Positions 9,868-20,970 of a stretch of 64,000 nucleotides of DNA are shown here, piece after piece. Numbering within the stretch: the stretch's first letter is position 1; the number at the start of each line of letters is the position of its first letter. The stretch is from positions 4,864,001 through 4,928,000 of the forward strand of contig OZ252299.1 of NCBI GenBank assembly GCA_965250285.1, in the 5' to 3' direction. The translations under genes and the position numbers were made by a program. The notes beneath the pieces are model-generated. The model was not told the DNA's origin and did no database searches. It saw nothing but the letters and a program-made list of their open reading frames with translations. The DNA is from Myxococcota bacterium (GTDB taxonomy: Bacteria > Myxococcota_A > UBA9160 > UBA4427).

Positions 9868-10782
9868 TCAACGGCCCGTCGATTTCTCGTCGCGGCGCGC
9901 CTCCCACTCTTCGACCGTCTTCGGCCAGTCCTGCTTGAGCAATCGCGAGAGCGCCCGGTCGGCCAGCAGCTTGCCGCCCGTCTGACACGTCGGGCAGTAG
10001 TTGACCTCGTTCTCGGCACGCACGATCCGCTGCACCTTCTGACCGCACACCGGACAGGTCTCGCCGAAACGACCGTGCACCGCCATCTCGGGCCGAAACG
10101 CAGTGACCTTCTCGGGGAAGCCGTCGCCGACGTCGGCCCGCAGTCGCTCGGTCCATGCCCGCAGCGTGTCGCGGGTCGCGTCGTACAGTCGCGCGATCGT
10201 TTCGTCGTCGAGGTTCTTCGTGAGCTGCACGGGTGAGAGCCGGGCCGCGTGCAGGATCTCGTCGCTGTAGGCATTGCCGATGCCCGAGAAGAGATGCGGC
10301 GCCGTGAGCGATCGCTTGAGCGTGTGGTTCTCGCAGCGAAGCGCCTCGCCGAACTCGTCGAAGCTGCAGTCGAGCGGCTCGACGCCGCCCGGATCGTGTT
10401 CGGCCAGACCGGCGCGACCTTCGACCAGATGAATGCGCGCCCGCTTCTTCGTGCCCTGCTCGGTCAGATGCATCGAGCCGTGCTCGAAGTCGAAGCTCGC
10501 GTGACCGGTCTTGCGCGGCGGCGTCGCACCCGCCTTCTTCCAGTGGAAGCGCCCGGCGATCATCAGGTGCACGACCACGAAGAGCTCGCCCTCGAGCTCC
10601 CAGACGACGCGTTTGCCGAGGCGCGAGAAGCCGACGACGCTGCGTCCGGCGAAGGCATCGACGCCGGGCTCGACGGTCTTCAGCACCGACGGGCTGAGAA
10701 TGCGAAGACGCTCGAGGGGGCGACCGCCGAGGAGCGCTTGGAGGCGCTCGACGTACAGCGTGACGTCAGGGAGCTCGGGCAT
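9868..10782 (-). CDS. Fpg/Nei family DNA glycosylase
   Basis: N-terminal PELPDV, HLMIAG, H2TH GIGNAYSDEIL, zinc finger CPVC...CPTC. Confidence 0.9.
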   Translation of the reverse strand: MPELPDVTLYVERLQALLGGRPLERLRILSPSVLKTVEPGVDAFAGRSVVGFSRLGKRVVWELEGELFVVVHLMIAGRFHWKKAGATPPRKTGHASFDFEHGSMHLTEQGTKKRARIHLVEGRAGLAEHDPGGVEPLDCSFDEFGEALRCENHTLKRSLTAPHLFSGIGNAYSDEILHAARLSPVQLTKNLDDETIARLYDATRDTLRAWTERLRADVGDGFPEKVTAFRPEMAVHGRFGETCPVCGQKVQRIVRAENEVNYCPTCQTGGKLLADRALSRLLKQDWPKTVEEWEARRDEKSTGR

Positions 10783-10880
10783 CGCGCCGGCCTCCGGTGG
10801 GGAACGGATCGGGCCCCGACAGCATCGCATAGGGCGGCGCTCCACCGGCGGCCCACCGAGATCGCTACGCTCTTCACGTC

Positions 10881-11498
10881 ATGAGACGACGCTTCGCCCG
10901 ACCTCTCCGCGCCCTGCCCGCGCACCTGCTCGCCCTGTCGATCGCCCTCTCGCTCGTGTCGGGGTGGCTCGCCGCGCCGGCTGCGCTGGCCCAGGGCGTC
11001 GACGTCAACGATCTGCTCCAGCCGAGCACGCCGTCACAGATCGAGTTCACCGTGAGCGCGTTCGGGCCCGGCGACGTGCGCAAAACCGAGACGCAGCGCG
11101 AGCAGGTGACCGACCTCGCACGCCGACGCCTGGGCATGCCGATCGGCCGAGATACGAAGACCGACATCGAGACGATGCAGCGACTGCTCGACGGCGGCTA
11201 CGTGGACGAGAACGACACCTTCATGCTGCAGTCGTTCGGCGTCGTGCTCGGCGATGCGCTCGCCCGCGACATGCGGATCCTTCAGTGGGCGGTGGTCGAC
11301 GACAAGTTTGGCCACAGTCGTGCGCTGCAGTACCGCACGACCGACCAGGTCTTCTTCCCGGTCACGATGATCTCGAAGCGCGTGCAGCACGGGGAGACGG
11401 TCGACGTGCAGGCCCTCTACGACCAGGTGAAGGCCGGCGCCGAAGCACTCGAGGTCAACCGGGACGAGCACCTGCGCCGCACGCGTGGCCGACGCTGA
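10881..11498 (+). CDS. Exported DUF3806-like protein
   Basis: Signal peptide (AALA|Q); LQSFGVVLGD...W..V.D..G...L...FP.TMISKR pattern. Confidence 0.65.
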   Translation: MRRRFARPLRALPAHLLALSIALSLVSGWLAAPAALAQGVDVNDLLQPSTPSQIEFTVSAFGPGDVRKTETQREQVTDLARRRLGMPIGRDTKTDIETMQRLLDGGYVDENDTFMLQSFGVVLGDALARDMRILQWAVVDDKFGHSRALQYRTTDQVFFPVTMISKRVQHGETVDVQALYDQVKAGAEALEVNRDEHLRRTRGRR

Positions 11499-11507
11499 GC
11501 CCTCGAC

Positions 11508-12152
11508 TCAATCGGTCGAAGCGCTGAGGGCGGGGTGCAGGCGCGTCAGGGTTTCGACGAGGGCCTCGCGCTCGGTCTGCAGGCGGCCGTCGAGCCACTG
11601 CAGCACGACCCCGGTCTGCATGGCGAGCGCGGCGCTCGCGGCGACGGCCGGATCGACGTCGATCTCGAGGCGACCCGCTCGGCGGAGCCCATCGAGACGC
11701 TGCTCGACGCCGCGGGTCGAGAACGTCAGCGCGGGCTCGCCCGGGACCGCGGCGGGCAGCGGCCGCCCGAACGAAACGCGGAAGAAGTCGGGCCAGGTCT
11801 GGGCGAAGTCACAGAGCGCGCCCACGAGCGCGCGCACCTGTTCTTCGAGTGAATCGGCCTCGGCGGCCGCCTTCGCGAGCCGCGCCTGCAGCCCCTCGAA
11901 GGTCTGGCGCACGACCGCGCGGTGCAGCGCGTGCTTGTCTTCGAAGTGCGCATAGAAGGTGCCGACCCCGGCGCCGGCCGCGCGCGCGATCTGATTCGAG
12001 TTCGCCCCCTCGAGCCCACGTTCGGCCAGCAGTGCCGCCCCAGCCTGGAGCAGTCGCGCCCGGGCCGCCTCCTGGGCCTTCTGGCGGCGGTCAGCCGAAA
12101 CGCGAACACGTTCGCCAGTGCCGGGGGCCGTCGACGCGACGCTCTCATTCAT
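11508..12152 (-). CDS. TetR/AcrR family transcriptional regulator
   Basis: N-terminal [22 protein letters not shown]. Confidence 0.9.
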   Translation of the reverse strand: MNESVASTAPGTGERVRVSADRRQKAQEAARARLLQAGAALLAERGLEGANSNQIARAAGAGVGTFYAHFEDKHALHRAVVRQTFEGLQARLAKAAAEADSLEEQVRALVGALCDFAQTWPDFFRVSFGRPLPAAVPGEPALTFSTRGVEQRLDGLRRAGRLEIDVDPAVAASAALAMQTGVVLQWLDGRLQTEREALVETLTRLHPALSASTD

Positions 12153-12189
12153 GATGATACTTCCATCAGAGCCCTCGATGAACTCGATC

Positions 12190-12319
12190 GATCAATCGGA
12201 CAACTCTTGGATCGATTGATCAGACGAGCCAGAGCAATATGGATCCATCGATTTTGATTCATCCGTATTCGATAGATATCGCCTTTCTGGAATGATCTCA
12301 AGGAGTCGATGGATCCATC
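12190..12319. promoter_or_regulatory. AT-rich palindrome cluster upstream of tetR (candidate operators)
   Basis: GATCAATCG (12190-12198) / CGATTGATC (12213-12221) inverted pair; palindrome ATGGATCCAT at 12239-12248 and 12309-12318. Confidence 0.45.
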
Positions 12320-12508
12320 AAACGAGAATGAGGGCCGACCGGCGGCCAGCCGGCGCTGACTTGCGATCCCCGCGGCTCGAACCGCATCAAAGCGAACCCG
12401 ACGGGCCGCCTGCGGTGTCCGACCGACTCCTCGCCCGCACCGTGCGCTCGCCGGCACCGTGGCTAAGATGGGCGACGCCCCCGACCGCCTGGACCGAACG
12501 TCGCGACC

Positions 12509-13693
12509 ATGACTGCTCCGCAACCGCCGCATCGCTCGACCCACCGCGAACCCGAGCGCTCGGCCCCGGCACGTCCCCGCCGGGATCGTCGGGCGCCGAC
12601 CCAAGCGCCGAACCAGGTGCCGAAGACGACGGCCGAGGGCCGGGCGGCATCCCTTCTCTTCTGGATCTCGTTCTGGGGCATCTGGCTCGCCATTGGCGCG
12701 GCACTCGGCATCCTCGCCGGCCGCGCCAACGTGGCGCACGCAGAGCCGGGCTTGATCGACGGCATCGCCGCGCAGGTCGGCACCGAGATCGTGCTGATCA
12801 GCGAGGTCCAGGAGCTCGCCAAGCCGATCGAAGATCGCATGCGCGCTCAGGGCGCCAGCGAGGCCGACGTCCGCAACATGTACGGCGACGCGCTCGAGCG
12901 ACTGATCGAGTCGAAGCTGATCGAAGGGGTCGTCAAGCGCCTCGAGCTCGAGGCCACCGATCAAGAGATCGACAACGCCGTCTACGGCATCGCTCAGGAC
13001 AATGGTCTCACGATCGAACAGCTGCAGGCGAGCGTGCGCAGCCACGGTCTCTCGGTGCAGGAGTACCGCGAGAAGATCCGCGGCGAGATCGAGCGCTCGA
13101 AGGTGCTCAACGCCATGGTGCGTTCGCGCGTGCGCGTCGAGCCCGAAGAGGTGCAGGCGCTCTTCGACAAGCGCTTCGGGGATCAGCGCGACGAGGGCGA
13201 AGAGGCGTACCTGCGGCACATCCTCGTCGGGGCCGGGCCGAGCGCGATGCGCGACGTCGACACGGCGTGCCGCATCGCACAAGAGGCACGCGACCGGATC
13301 GCCGGCGGCGAGATTGCGTTCGGCGACATGGCCCAGCGCGTGACCGACATGAACCCCGAGAAGCGAGGCGAGCTCGGTTGGCTGCACGTCGCCGACATGG
13401 CCGGATGGATGCGGTCGCCCCTCGAGACGATGCAGCCGGGCGACATCTCCGAGGTGATCCCGACCGCGTTCGGCTGCAACGTGATTCAGCTGGTCGAGCG
13501 GCGCGGCTACGAGCCCGTCACGTTCGAAGCCGCCGAGCCGATGCTCATGGCCGAGCTGAATCGGCAGAAGACCGACGCGGCCTACCTCGAGTGGCTCGAG
13601 ACCCTGCGCTCGCAGACCTACGTCGCGCGACACGGTGTGTTCGACGAGGCCGTACGCATCGAGCAGGTGACCGGGCCGCCGCGCACGCCATGA
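12509..13693 (+). CDS. surA: SurA-like chaperone / parvulin peptidyl-prolyl isomerase
   Basis: [15 protein letters not shown] SurA_N start, [22 protein letters not shown]. Start is uncertain and may be downstream. Confidence 0.8.
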   Translation: MTAPQPPHRSTHREPERSAPARPRRDRRAPTQAPNQVPKTTAEGRAASLLFWISFWGIWLAIGAALGILAGRANVAHAEPGLIDGIAAQVGTEIVLISEVQELAKPIEDRMRAQGASEADVRNMYGDALERLIESKLIEGVVKRLELEATDQEIDNAVYGIAQDNGLTIEQLQASVRSHGLSVQEYREKIRGEIERSKVLNAMVRSRVRVEPEEVQALFDKRFGDQRDEGEEAYLRHILVGAGPSAMRDVDTACRIAQEARDRIAGGEIAFGDMAQRVTDMNPEKRGELGWLHVADMAGWMRSPLETMQPGDISEVIPTAFGCNVIQLVERRGYEPVTFEAAEPMLMAELNRQKTDAAYLEWLETLRSQTYVARHGVFDEAVRIEQVTGPPRTP

Positions 13694-13787
13694 GCCCGGG
13701 GCATCGCGGGGCATCCCGACGGCAGCCCACCCGATCCGGTCGCACCACGACCCGCTTGCGCGACCGCTTCGACGCGTGGACCCGCGC

Positions 13788-16661
13788 ATGAGCAGCGCGC
13801 TCACGGCCGAACGCGCGGGCCTGGCTCGAAGCCCCGACGAGATCTGCGTCGAAGGTGCGCGCGTCCACAATCTGAAGGGCGTCGACGTGCGACTGCCGCG
13901 CGACCAGCTCGTCGTGATCACCGGGCCGTCCGGCTCGGGCAAGTCGAGCCTCGCCTTCGACACGCTCTACGCCGAAGGGCAGCGGCGCTACGTCGAGAGC
14001 CTGTCGACCTACGCCCGCGGTTTCCTCGACCAGCTCGAACCCCCGGACGTCGACGAGATCACGGGGCTCTCACCCGCCGTGGCCATCGAGCAGAAGTCGA
14101 TCTCGCGCAGCCCGCGCAGCACCGTTGGCACGGCAACCGAGATCGCCGACTACCTGCGGCTGCTCTACGCGCGGGCCGGTGAGCCCGAGTGCCCCAAGTG
14201 CGGCAAGCCGATTCAGCAGCAGACCGTCGCCGACATGTGCGCGCGCGTCACTGCGCTGCGGGTGGGCACGAAGATCCAGGTGATGGCGCCCGTGGTGCGC
14301 GGTCGCACCGGTGCCTACAAGAAGGAGATCGACGGATACCGCGATCGCGGCTTCACGCGCCTGCGTGTCGACGGCGAGATGGTCGACCTGGCCGACGACG
14401 TGAAGCTCGCCCGCACGAAGCGCCATGACGTCGACGTCGTGATCGATCGACTGATCGTGAAGGAGGGCATGGAGAAGCGGCTCGCAGGCTCGCTCGAGAC
14501 CGCGACCCGCCTCGCCGATGGGCTCTGCATCATCGACATCGTGGGCGGCGGCGACCCGCCGATCGACGCGGACGAATGGCTGCTCTCACGGCAGAACGCC
14601 TGCGTCGACTGCGGCATCAACTTCCCCGAGCTCGCGCCGCGCTTCTTCTCGTTCAACAATCCAGCGGGCGCGTGCCCGAGCTGCAATGGGCTGGGCCGCG
14701 TGCGCCGCTTCGACGCCGACCTCGTCGTGCCCGACACCGATGCTCCGCTGCGCACGGCGATCGAGCCGTGGCAGCGCAAGCGCACCCAACGCTACTTCGC
14801 GACGCTGCTCGGCGATCTCGCCGACCACCTGGGCGTCGATCTCGACACGCCCTGGGGCGAGCTGCCCGCGAAGATCCGCAAGGCTCTGCTCGAGGGCGTG
14901 AAGGGCGAGGTCCCGTTCTCGGTCGGCCTGCGCCCGACGCGGGGCGGCCGCGCCCGCAAGAGCAAGGTCAAGCGCCCGTGGAAAGGTGTGCTCGACGAGC
15001 TCGCGCGTCGCGAGGACGAACGGCTCGCGCGCTACCAGACGCAGCACCCGTGCGACAGCTGCAACGGCGAGCGTCTGCGCGAAGAGGCCCGCCACGTGCG
15101 CGTCGGCGGCCAAACCTTGCCCGAGCTCGGGCGCATGCCGATCGACGAGCTCGCCGAGTTCATCGGGCGACTCGAGCTGCGCGGCACGCGCGGCGAGGTC
15201 GCCGATCGGGTGCGTGAAGAAATCACCGAGCGACTCGACTTCTTGCGCGACGTGGGCCTCGGCTATCTCAGCCTCGATCGCGAGAGCGGCACGCTGTCGG
15301 GCGGCGAAGCCCAACGCATCCGACTCGCGACGCAGATCGGCACGGCACTCCTCGGCGTGCTCTACATCCTCGACGAGCCATCGATCGGTCTGCACGCGCG
15401 CGACCACGCGCGTCTGCTCGCGAGCCTCGAGCGCCTACGCGACATGGGCAACACGATCGTCGTCGTCGAGCACGACGAAGACACGATTCGGGCCGCGGAC
15501 TTCGTCGTCGACATGGGGCCGGGCGCGGGGAGACACGGGGGAGAGGTCGTGGCGACGGGCGCACCCGATGCACTCGCACGCGACGAAGATTCGCCGACCG
15601 GTGTGTGGCTCTCAGGGGTGCGTCGAATCGCGCTGCCCGACGCGCGGCGCACAGGCGAGGGCGACGTCCTCGTGCTGCGCGGTGCCCGCGGCCACAACCT
15701 GAAGGACGTGACGCTCGAGCTGCCGCTCGGCCGACTCGTCGTCGTGACGGGGGTCTCCGGCTCGGGCAAGTCGACGCTCGTCAACGACACGCTGCACCGT
15801 GCGCTGGCCGCCCGGCTGCATGGCGCCCTCGCCGTGCCCGAGCCCTTCGATGCGCTCGACGGCGCGGACGCGATCGACAAGGTGATCGACGTCGACCAGG
15901 CGCCGATCGGACGTTCACCCCGGAGCAACCCGGCCACCTATGCCGGGGCGTTCGACGGGATCCGCAAGCTCTTCAGCCAGGTGCCCGAGGCGCGGGCCAA
16001 GGGCTGGGGACCCGGGCGCTTCTCGTTCAACGTGAAGGGCGGGCGCTGCGAGAGCTGCGAGGGGGACGGCCAACGCAAGGTCGAGATGAGCTTCCTCCCC
16101 GACCTCTATGTCACCTGTGAAGTCTGCAACGGACGCCGCTACGACCGAGAGACTCTGCAGATCCGATACAAGGGCCGCAGCATCGCCGACGTGCTCGAGA
16201 TGACGGTCGAAGAGGCCCTCGATCTGCTGGGCAACGTCCCCACGATCAAGCGGCCCCTGCAGGCGCTCTCGGATGTCGGCCTCGGCTACTTGCATCTCGG
16301 CCAGTCGGCCACGACGCTCTCGGGTGGAGAGGCTCAGCGCGTGAAGCTCGCGCGCGAGCTCGCGCGGCGCAGTACCGGTCGCACGCTCTATCTGCTCGAC
16401 GAACCCACCACCGGTCTGCACTTCTCGGACGTGGCGCGGCTGGTCGAGCTCTTGCAACGCCTCGTCGACCTCGGCAACACGGTCGTCGTGATCGAACACC
16501 ACCTCGACGTCGTGAAGTGCGCCGACTGGGTGATCGATCTCGGCCCCGATGGCGGCGCGGCGGGGGGCGAGATCGTGGCCTGCGGAGCACCCGAGGTGAT
16601 CGTCGCCGAGCCCCGCAGCGTGACGGGGCGCGCGCTGGCGCGCATGCTCGAACCCAGCTGA
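13788..16661 (+). CDS. uvrA: Excinuclease ABC subunit A
   Basis: GARVHNLK, two Walker A motifs ([18 protein letters not shown]), LSGGEAQR twice, zinc fingers. Confidence 0.97.
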   Translation: MSSALTAERAGLARSPDEICVEGARVHNLKGVDVRLPRDQLVVITGPSGSGKSSLAFDTLYAEGQRRYVESLSTYARGFLDQLEPPDVDEITGLSPAVAIEQKSISRSPRSTVGTATEIADYLRLLYARAGEPECPKCGKPIQQQTVADMCARVTALRVGTKIQVMAPVVRGRTGAYKKEIDGYRDRGFTRLRVDGEMVDLADDVKLARTKRHDVDVVIDRLIVKEGMEKRLAGSLETATRLADGLCIIDIVGGGDPPIDADEWLLSRQNACVDCGINFPELAPRFFSFNNPAGACPSCNGLGRVRRFDADLVVPDTDAPLRTAIEPWQRKRTQRYFATLLGDLADHLGVDLDTPWGELPAKIRKALLEGVKGEVPFSVGLRPTRGGRARKSKVKRPWKGVLDELARREDERLARYQTQHPCDSCNGERLREEARHVRVGGQTLPELGRMPIDELAEFIGRLELRGTRGEVADRVREEITERLDFLRDVGLGYLSLDRESGTLSGGEAQRIRLATQIGTALLGVLYILDEPSIGLHARDHARLLASLERLRDMGNTIVVVEHDEDTIRAADFVVDMGPGAGRHGGEVVATGAPDALARDEDSPTGVWLSGVRRIALPDARRTGEGDVLVLRGARGHNLKDVTLELPLGRLVVVTGVSGSGKSTLVNDTLHRALAARLHGALAVPEPFDALDGADAIDKVIDVDQAPIGRSPRSNPATYAGAFDGIRKLFSQVPEARAKGWGPGRFSFNVKGGRCESCEGDGQRKVEMSFLPDLYVTCEVCNGRRYDRETLQIRYKGRSIADVLEMTVEEALDLLGNVPTIKRPLQALSDVGLGYLHLGQSATTLSGGEAQRVKLARELARRSTGRTLYLLDEPTTGLHFSDVARLVELLQRLVDLGNTVVVIEHHLDVVKCADWVIDLGPDGGAAGGEIVACGAPEVIVAEPRSVTGRALARMLEPS

Positions 16662-16723
16662 GGCACCGCACGGCGATCGCGACGCGTCGCGAAGCACGCA
16701 AAGAGAGAGGCACCACCCGAACC

Positions 16724-17806
16724 ATGTTCGACCCCTTCGAAGACGAAGAGGCATCCGGGGAGCCGCCGCGGCCGCCGTTCCCGACGCCGATGGTGGCGTT
16801 GATGCTCACGTTCGGCGCCTCGCTGGCGGCGATCGTGATCGCGCTCGTCTTCTTCGAACGCCTCGATCTGCTCGCCGTCGGCGTCGGCGAGGCGCTCGGT
16901 GTGGGCCTCGTCGCGACGCTGGCCGCGCGGCGCGTGCCCGAGCCCCAGGCCGAGCGGCTCGGTCTGCAGGGCTTTGCGCCGCGGCTGATCCCGGCGCTGA
17001 TCTGCATCGTGCCGATCGTCTTCCTCACGAGTGAGCTCGACAACGTCGGCCGCAGCATCGACGGCTGGATGCCCCCCCTCGCTCTCGAAGAGGCGCTCGT
17101 CGTCGAGCCGCCCGCAACCGGCGAAGAGACCAGCGACGCCACCACGCCCGCGACCGGCGACGAGCGCAGCGACGCCACCCCGGTCGCGCCCGACGAAGGG
17201 AGCAGCGACACCGAGACGCCGATCGAGTCGTTGGACGACGCCGCGATCGCCGAGGCGCTCGCCCAAGCCGATGCCCTGTTGGAAGAGGGTGCGGGGCCGT
17301 CGGATGATGCCACCGCACCGCTCGACCTCGAGCCACCCGAAGGCTTCGCGCTCTTGCAGGTCGCGATCGTGCGGCTCGGCATCTCGCCCGTCGTGCAGGG
17401 CTTTCTCTTCTTCGGTGTGATCCTGCAGGGCGTGGTGACCTGGCTCGGTCGTACGCGCGGGCTCCTCCTCACCGCGTGTCTCTACTCGCTGATTCACGCC
17501 TTCGCGCAGGCGCCGACCGATCCCGGCCTGTTTCGCGCCGTCGCCGCGATCGTCTCGTCGATCGGTGTCGGCCTCGTGCTCGGGATCGCGCGTCTCTCGA
17601 CGGGTTCGGTGCTGGCGCCCATTCTGCTCGACACCGCCCTCAAGGCCGTCGGTCTCTTCGCGTGGACATCCCCCGCCGTCTTCGCCGTGCGTGGCTACAA
17701 CGTCGGACCCGACGCGCACACCCCCATCGTCGTGCTGATCCCATCGCTGATCGCCGTCGCGTGGGGCCTGCGTGTCCTCGTTCGACAAAATCGAGGCGCG
17801 TGGTGA
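16724..17806 (+). CDS. CPBP (Abi/CAAX protease-like) membrane protein with degenerate catalytic motifs and an acidic insert
   Basis: CPBP-like layout SPVVQGFLFFG (for P..EE..FRG), YSLIH, TGSVLAPILLD. Its stop overlaps the next gene (GTGA). Confidence 0.6.
   Translation: MFDPFEDEEASGEPPRPPFPTPMVALMLTFGASLAAIVIALVFFERLDLLAVGVGEALGVGLVATLAARRVPEPQAERLGLQGFAPRLIPALICIVPIVFLTSELDNVGRSIDGWMPPLALEEALVVEPPATGEETSDATTPATGDERSDATPVAPDEGSSDTETPIESLDDAAIAEALAQADALLEEGAGPSDDATAPLDLEPPEGFALLQVAIVRLGISPVVQGFLFFGVILQGVVTWLGRTRGLLLTACLYSLIHAFAQAPTDPGLFRAVAAIVSSIGVGLVLGIARLSTGSVLAPILLDTALKAVGLFAWTSPAVFAVRGYNVGPDAHTPIVVLIPSLIAVAWGLRVLVRQNRGAW
17111..17218 (+). repeat. Three imperfect 36-bp (12-aa) in-frame repeats
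   Basis: PATGEETSDATT / PATGDERSDATP / VAPDEGSSDTET. Confidence 0.7.
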
Positions 17807-19437
17807 GCGCCACTGCGTCGGCCGATCCCCGCCGCGTCGCCCTCGGCGTCTGGCTCGCACTGGCGGCCGGCCTCGTCGCCGCCTTCTGGGGGCTCCTCAG
17901 CTTCGATCCCCAGCAGGGCGTGTTCCGACCGGTCGAGGGCATCGAGGGCGTGCTCTTCGACCCGAGCGGTGAGGATCCCCGCCTCATCGGTGTGCTCGCA
18001 TTCTGGCTGCTGCTCAACCGTCGCGGCCGACTCGCGGCGGCCTGGCAGAACGAATCGGGGCGGCCCGGCGTCGCCGCGCTGCTCTTCGTCGGGGCGATCG
18101 CCGTGCAGGCTTGGGCGGCCCACGTCGGCGCCCCCGACCTGCAGATTCATGCGCTCCAGCTCTTTCTGCTCGGCGGCGGTGCGCTGCTCGCCGGTCGGGC
18201 GGGCCTGCGGATCGTGCTGCTGCCCGTGCTCTTCCTCTTTCTCGCGGTGCCGATCCCGGCCGCGGCGCTCAACGCCGTGCTCCTGCCGTTGCAGCTCGCC
18301 ACGGTGCAGGTGTGCACGGCGATCCTTCAGTTGTTCGGTTTCGAGGCGCTCGGCTCGGGCGATCAGATCCTTACGCATCGCGGCATCTTCCACGTCGTCG
18401 AGACCTGTTCGGGCGTTCGACTCGTGCAGACCCTGCTGATGGCGGCGGTGGTGTACGCCGAGCTCTTCGCGCGCAGCGCACGCCATACGCTGCTGCTCGT
18501 CGCGCTCGCTCCGGTCGTCGGGATCGTCGTGAACCTGGCCCGCATCCTCTCGATCATCTTCAACCCCTATGCCGCGATCACCTCGGTGCATACGACGCAG
18601 GGCGTCGCGATGGTCGTGGTCGGCGTGCTCGTGCTGGCGGGGCTCGATCGCCTGCTCGCTGGCCGCGCCGGCGCATCGCGCCAACGCGACGAGCCGAGCG
18701 CGGCGCTGCTGGCGCATCCCCTCGACGCCCGGCTCGGGTTGATCGCAGCCGTGCTGGTCGCCCTGGTCGCGGCACACGGGGTGACACCGCGTTGGCAGAA
18801 CGACACCGAGTGGCCCGAGATCGGCGACCTGCCGCGGCGCATCGAGGGTCTTCGTTCGAACGGTCGATTGCCCGACCTCGTGTTTCTGGGAAGCGTGGGT
18901 TTCTCGGATCGAATTCAGCGCGAGTACGCCCCGCGTGGCGAGGCCGCGCGCGATTCGGTGCTCCCGATCACCGTCTTCTTCGGCAGCGACGATCACACGA
19001 ACCGTCGAGGCAGCATGCTGTCGGGCAAGACCGCGTATCCGGGCCAGGCGTGGCAGAAGCTCGGCGTGACCGAGGCCACGCTCGGCGACGGCACGCCCGT
19101 CGAGGTGGCGCTCTTTGCGCACCCCGAATCGGGGCGGCGCATCACGGTGCACTGGCTGGAAGGGTTCTCGAGCCCCTGGGTCGAGGCCCTGCGAGGATGG
19201 TCGGGTATTGATCGCAGCGCCCTGCGACGCCCCGAACGTGCGTTCGCCTGGCGCGTGTCTGCGCCCGTGACCGACGCCGGTGAGCTCTCGGCCGTGCAGA
19301 CCGACCTGATTCGCTTCGCCAGTGCTGCACGCAGCGCCTGGGCCGCGGCCGAGGCCAATGCGCGGGCCCGCATCGAACGAGAACAGGCCTCGGGTGCCCG
19401 AAGGGGCACCACCGCGCGACCGGCGGGACCGGTCTGA
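17803..19437 (+). CDS. Exosortase/archaeosortase family protein fused to an EpsI-like C-terminal domain
   Basis: L.LAVPIP, LQLAT, VVETCSG (Cys), NLARI (Arg), SVHTTQG (His); about 8 TM segments followed by a soluble domain. GTG start overlaps the upstream stop. Confidence 0.85.
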   Translation: MSATASADPRRVALGVWLALAAGLVAAFWGLLSFDPQQGVFRPVEGIEGVLFDPSGEDPRLIGVLAFWLLLNRRGRLAAAWQNESGRPGVAALLFVGAIAVQAWAAHVGAPDLQIHALQLFLLGGGALLAGRAGLRIVLLPVLFLFLAVPIPAAALNAVLLPLQLATVQVCTAILQLFGFEALGSGDQILTHRGIFHVVETCSGVRLVQTLLMAAVVYAELFARSARHTLLLVALAPVVGIVVNLARILSIIFNPYAAITSVHTTQGVAMVVVGVLVLAGLDRLLAGRAGASRQRDEPSAALLAHPLDARLGLIAAVLVALVAAHGVTPRWQNDTEWPEIGDLPRRIEGLRSNGRLPDLVFLGSVGFSDRIQREYAPRGEAARDSVLPITVFFGSDDHTNRRGSMLSGKTAYPGQAWQKLGVTEATLGDGTPVEVALFAHPESGRRITVHWLEGFSSPWVEALRGWSGIDRSALRRPERAFAWRVSAPVTDAGELSAVQTDLIRFASAARSAWAAAEANARARIEREQASGARRGTTARPAGPV

Positions 19438-19794
19438 CACCGTGGGTCAAAGTCGAATCTCAGGTGGGATGTGAGGCGCAGCTCAGCCGCAGTGACTGTC
19501 GAAGAGATGCGTCTAACACCTCAGGCACGAGCCCGAAGGCGCCGATGAAACGGGGTGGATGGTCGCCGTCGCGGACACTTCGGGACGTCGGTTTCCGGTC
19601 GCGAACGATTCCGAAATCCCGAAGGGATTCAGGGAGATCCGTGCCGAGTGACAATCCATCTGCTTGCTTGTAAATGGGTTTCCCTGCTGTTAGCGTTGCG
19701 CGCGTATACGCCCAACTTAGGTCACTCGATGCGCAAGACGGTGCGCGCCCCGCACCGCTTACGGAGCATGGAGAGGATCGTGGAGGAAGGTCTG

Positions 19795-20766
19795 GTGGAA
19801 AGAACTGGGGGTTTCCGCATCTCTGCAATCGCCGCGGCGGCGTTGCTTCTGCTCGGCGGCGGCGAAGCTTTCGCGGGCGCGACGAGTGATCTCAATGCCG
19901 ACACCGTCGGCTGCTTCAACCGAGCACTCGGCGGCAGCCCCGGCTCGATCTGGAGCATGAGTGCATCGAACGATCCCGCAGGCCCCGCGCTGTGGACGGA
20001 GTACGGCGGGCGTGGCTCCACGATCGTGCCGCTCGTGGCCAAGTGGGGCGGCGGCGCCGTCTCGGGCGTGGGTGCAGCCGACGCGACCGAAGACCCCACC
20101 GTGTTCTGGACCGCCGAGACGATCGCGTCCGGCGCGCCGAGCACGACGAGCGCGGCGTACGAACTCGCGGTCGTCGGCGCCTACGGCGGCACCAACGATC
20201 CCGTGCCGCTGGCCGGCAACTTCGGCGGCGCTGGCCTGCCGGGCGTCGGTCACTACTACCACGACTCGGGCGTCTGGGTGCTCGACACGAACCCGGGCAA
20301 CGGCACGCTGATCCCGGCGTTCGCATTCGGCCCGACCGGCGACCCGGCGGACATCATCCCGGTGGTCGGTGACTTCAATGGCGACGGCAACGACACCGTC
20401 GGCATCTACGACCGCCCGAACGGCACGTTCTTCCTGACGACGACCGTGCTGCAGACGCCGACGTCGATCAACCCGAACGCCTTCGAAGAGATCAACAACA
20501 CGGCGCTGATCTTCACGTTCGGTCCGACCGGCGACAACTGGATCCCCGTGATCGGCGACTGGGATCTCCAGAACGGCGACTCGATCGGCCTCTACGATCC
20601 CGAGACCGGCACGTTCTACCTCAAGAACTCGAACTCGGACGGCAGCGGCCAGGGCCCCGGTGGCAGCGACATCACCGAGGGTGCAGACATCATCACGACG
20701 TACAGCGATGGTGGCACTCCGGCCGACTGCGTGCCGATCGCCGGCAACTGGAACATCGGCGGCTGA
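19795..20766 (+). CDS. Secreted FG-GAP/VCBS-like repeat (beta-propeller) protein
   Basis: Signal peptide (EAFA|G); repeats such as FGPTGD..IPVVGDFNGDG.DTVGIY and FGPTGDNWIPVIGDWD..GDSIGLY. GTG start follows GGAGG (uncertain). Confidence 0.75.
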   Translation: MERTGGFRISAIAAAALLLLGGGEAFAGATSDLNADTVGCFNRALGGSPGSIWSMSASNDPAGPALWTEYGGRGSTIVPLVAKWGGGAVSGVGAADATEDPTVFWTAETIASGAPSTTSAAYELAVVGAYGGTNDPVPLAGNFGGAGLPGVGHYYHDSGVWVLDTNPGNGTLIPAFAFGPTGDPADIIPVVGDFNGDGNDTVGIYDRPNGTFFLTTTVLQTPTSINPNAFEEINNTALIFTFGPTGDNWIPVIGDWDLQNGDSIGLYDPETGTFYLKNSNSDGSGQGPGGSDITEGADIITTYSDGGTPADCVPIAGNWNIGG

Positions 20767-20791
20767 TCCGCAGCGATCCAGAATGAAGAAC

Positions 20792-20828
20792 GAAGGGCAG
20801 CCCACACGGGCTGCCCTTCTTCGTTTCG
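20792..20828 (+). terminator. Rho-independent terminator
   Basis: GAAGGGCAGCCC-ACAC-GGGCTGCCCTTC 12-bp perfect stem followed by TTCGTTTC. Confidence 0.8.
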
Positions 20829-20970
20829 GGGCCTCTGTTCGCCGCTCGGGTGTCGATCGGCGCAAGAAGCCCGTGTGATACCCTGTGGTTCCGCGACCCA
20901 GGTGGCCGACCCACGCGTCGGGACAGCCTGCGGTCGACCCGCCCTCGCGAGGAGCGGTGCCCATCTCGTC

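Noticed and set aside
19438..19794. Sigma-54 promoter typical of PEP-CTERM regulons
   Set aside because: No TGGCAC-N5-TTGC match found by eye.
19795..20766. PEP-CTERM substrate of the adjacent exosortase
   Set aside because: The C-terminus (CVPIAGNWNIGG) has no PEP motif, TM helix or basic tail.
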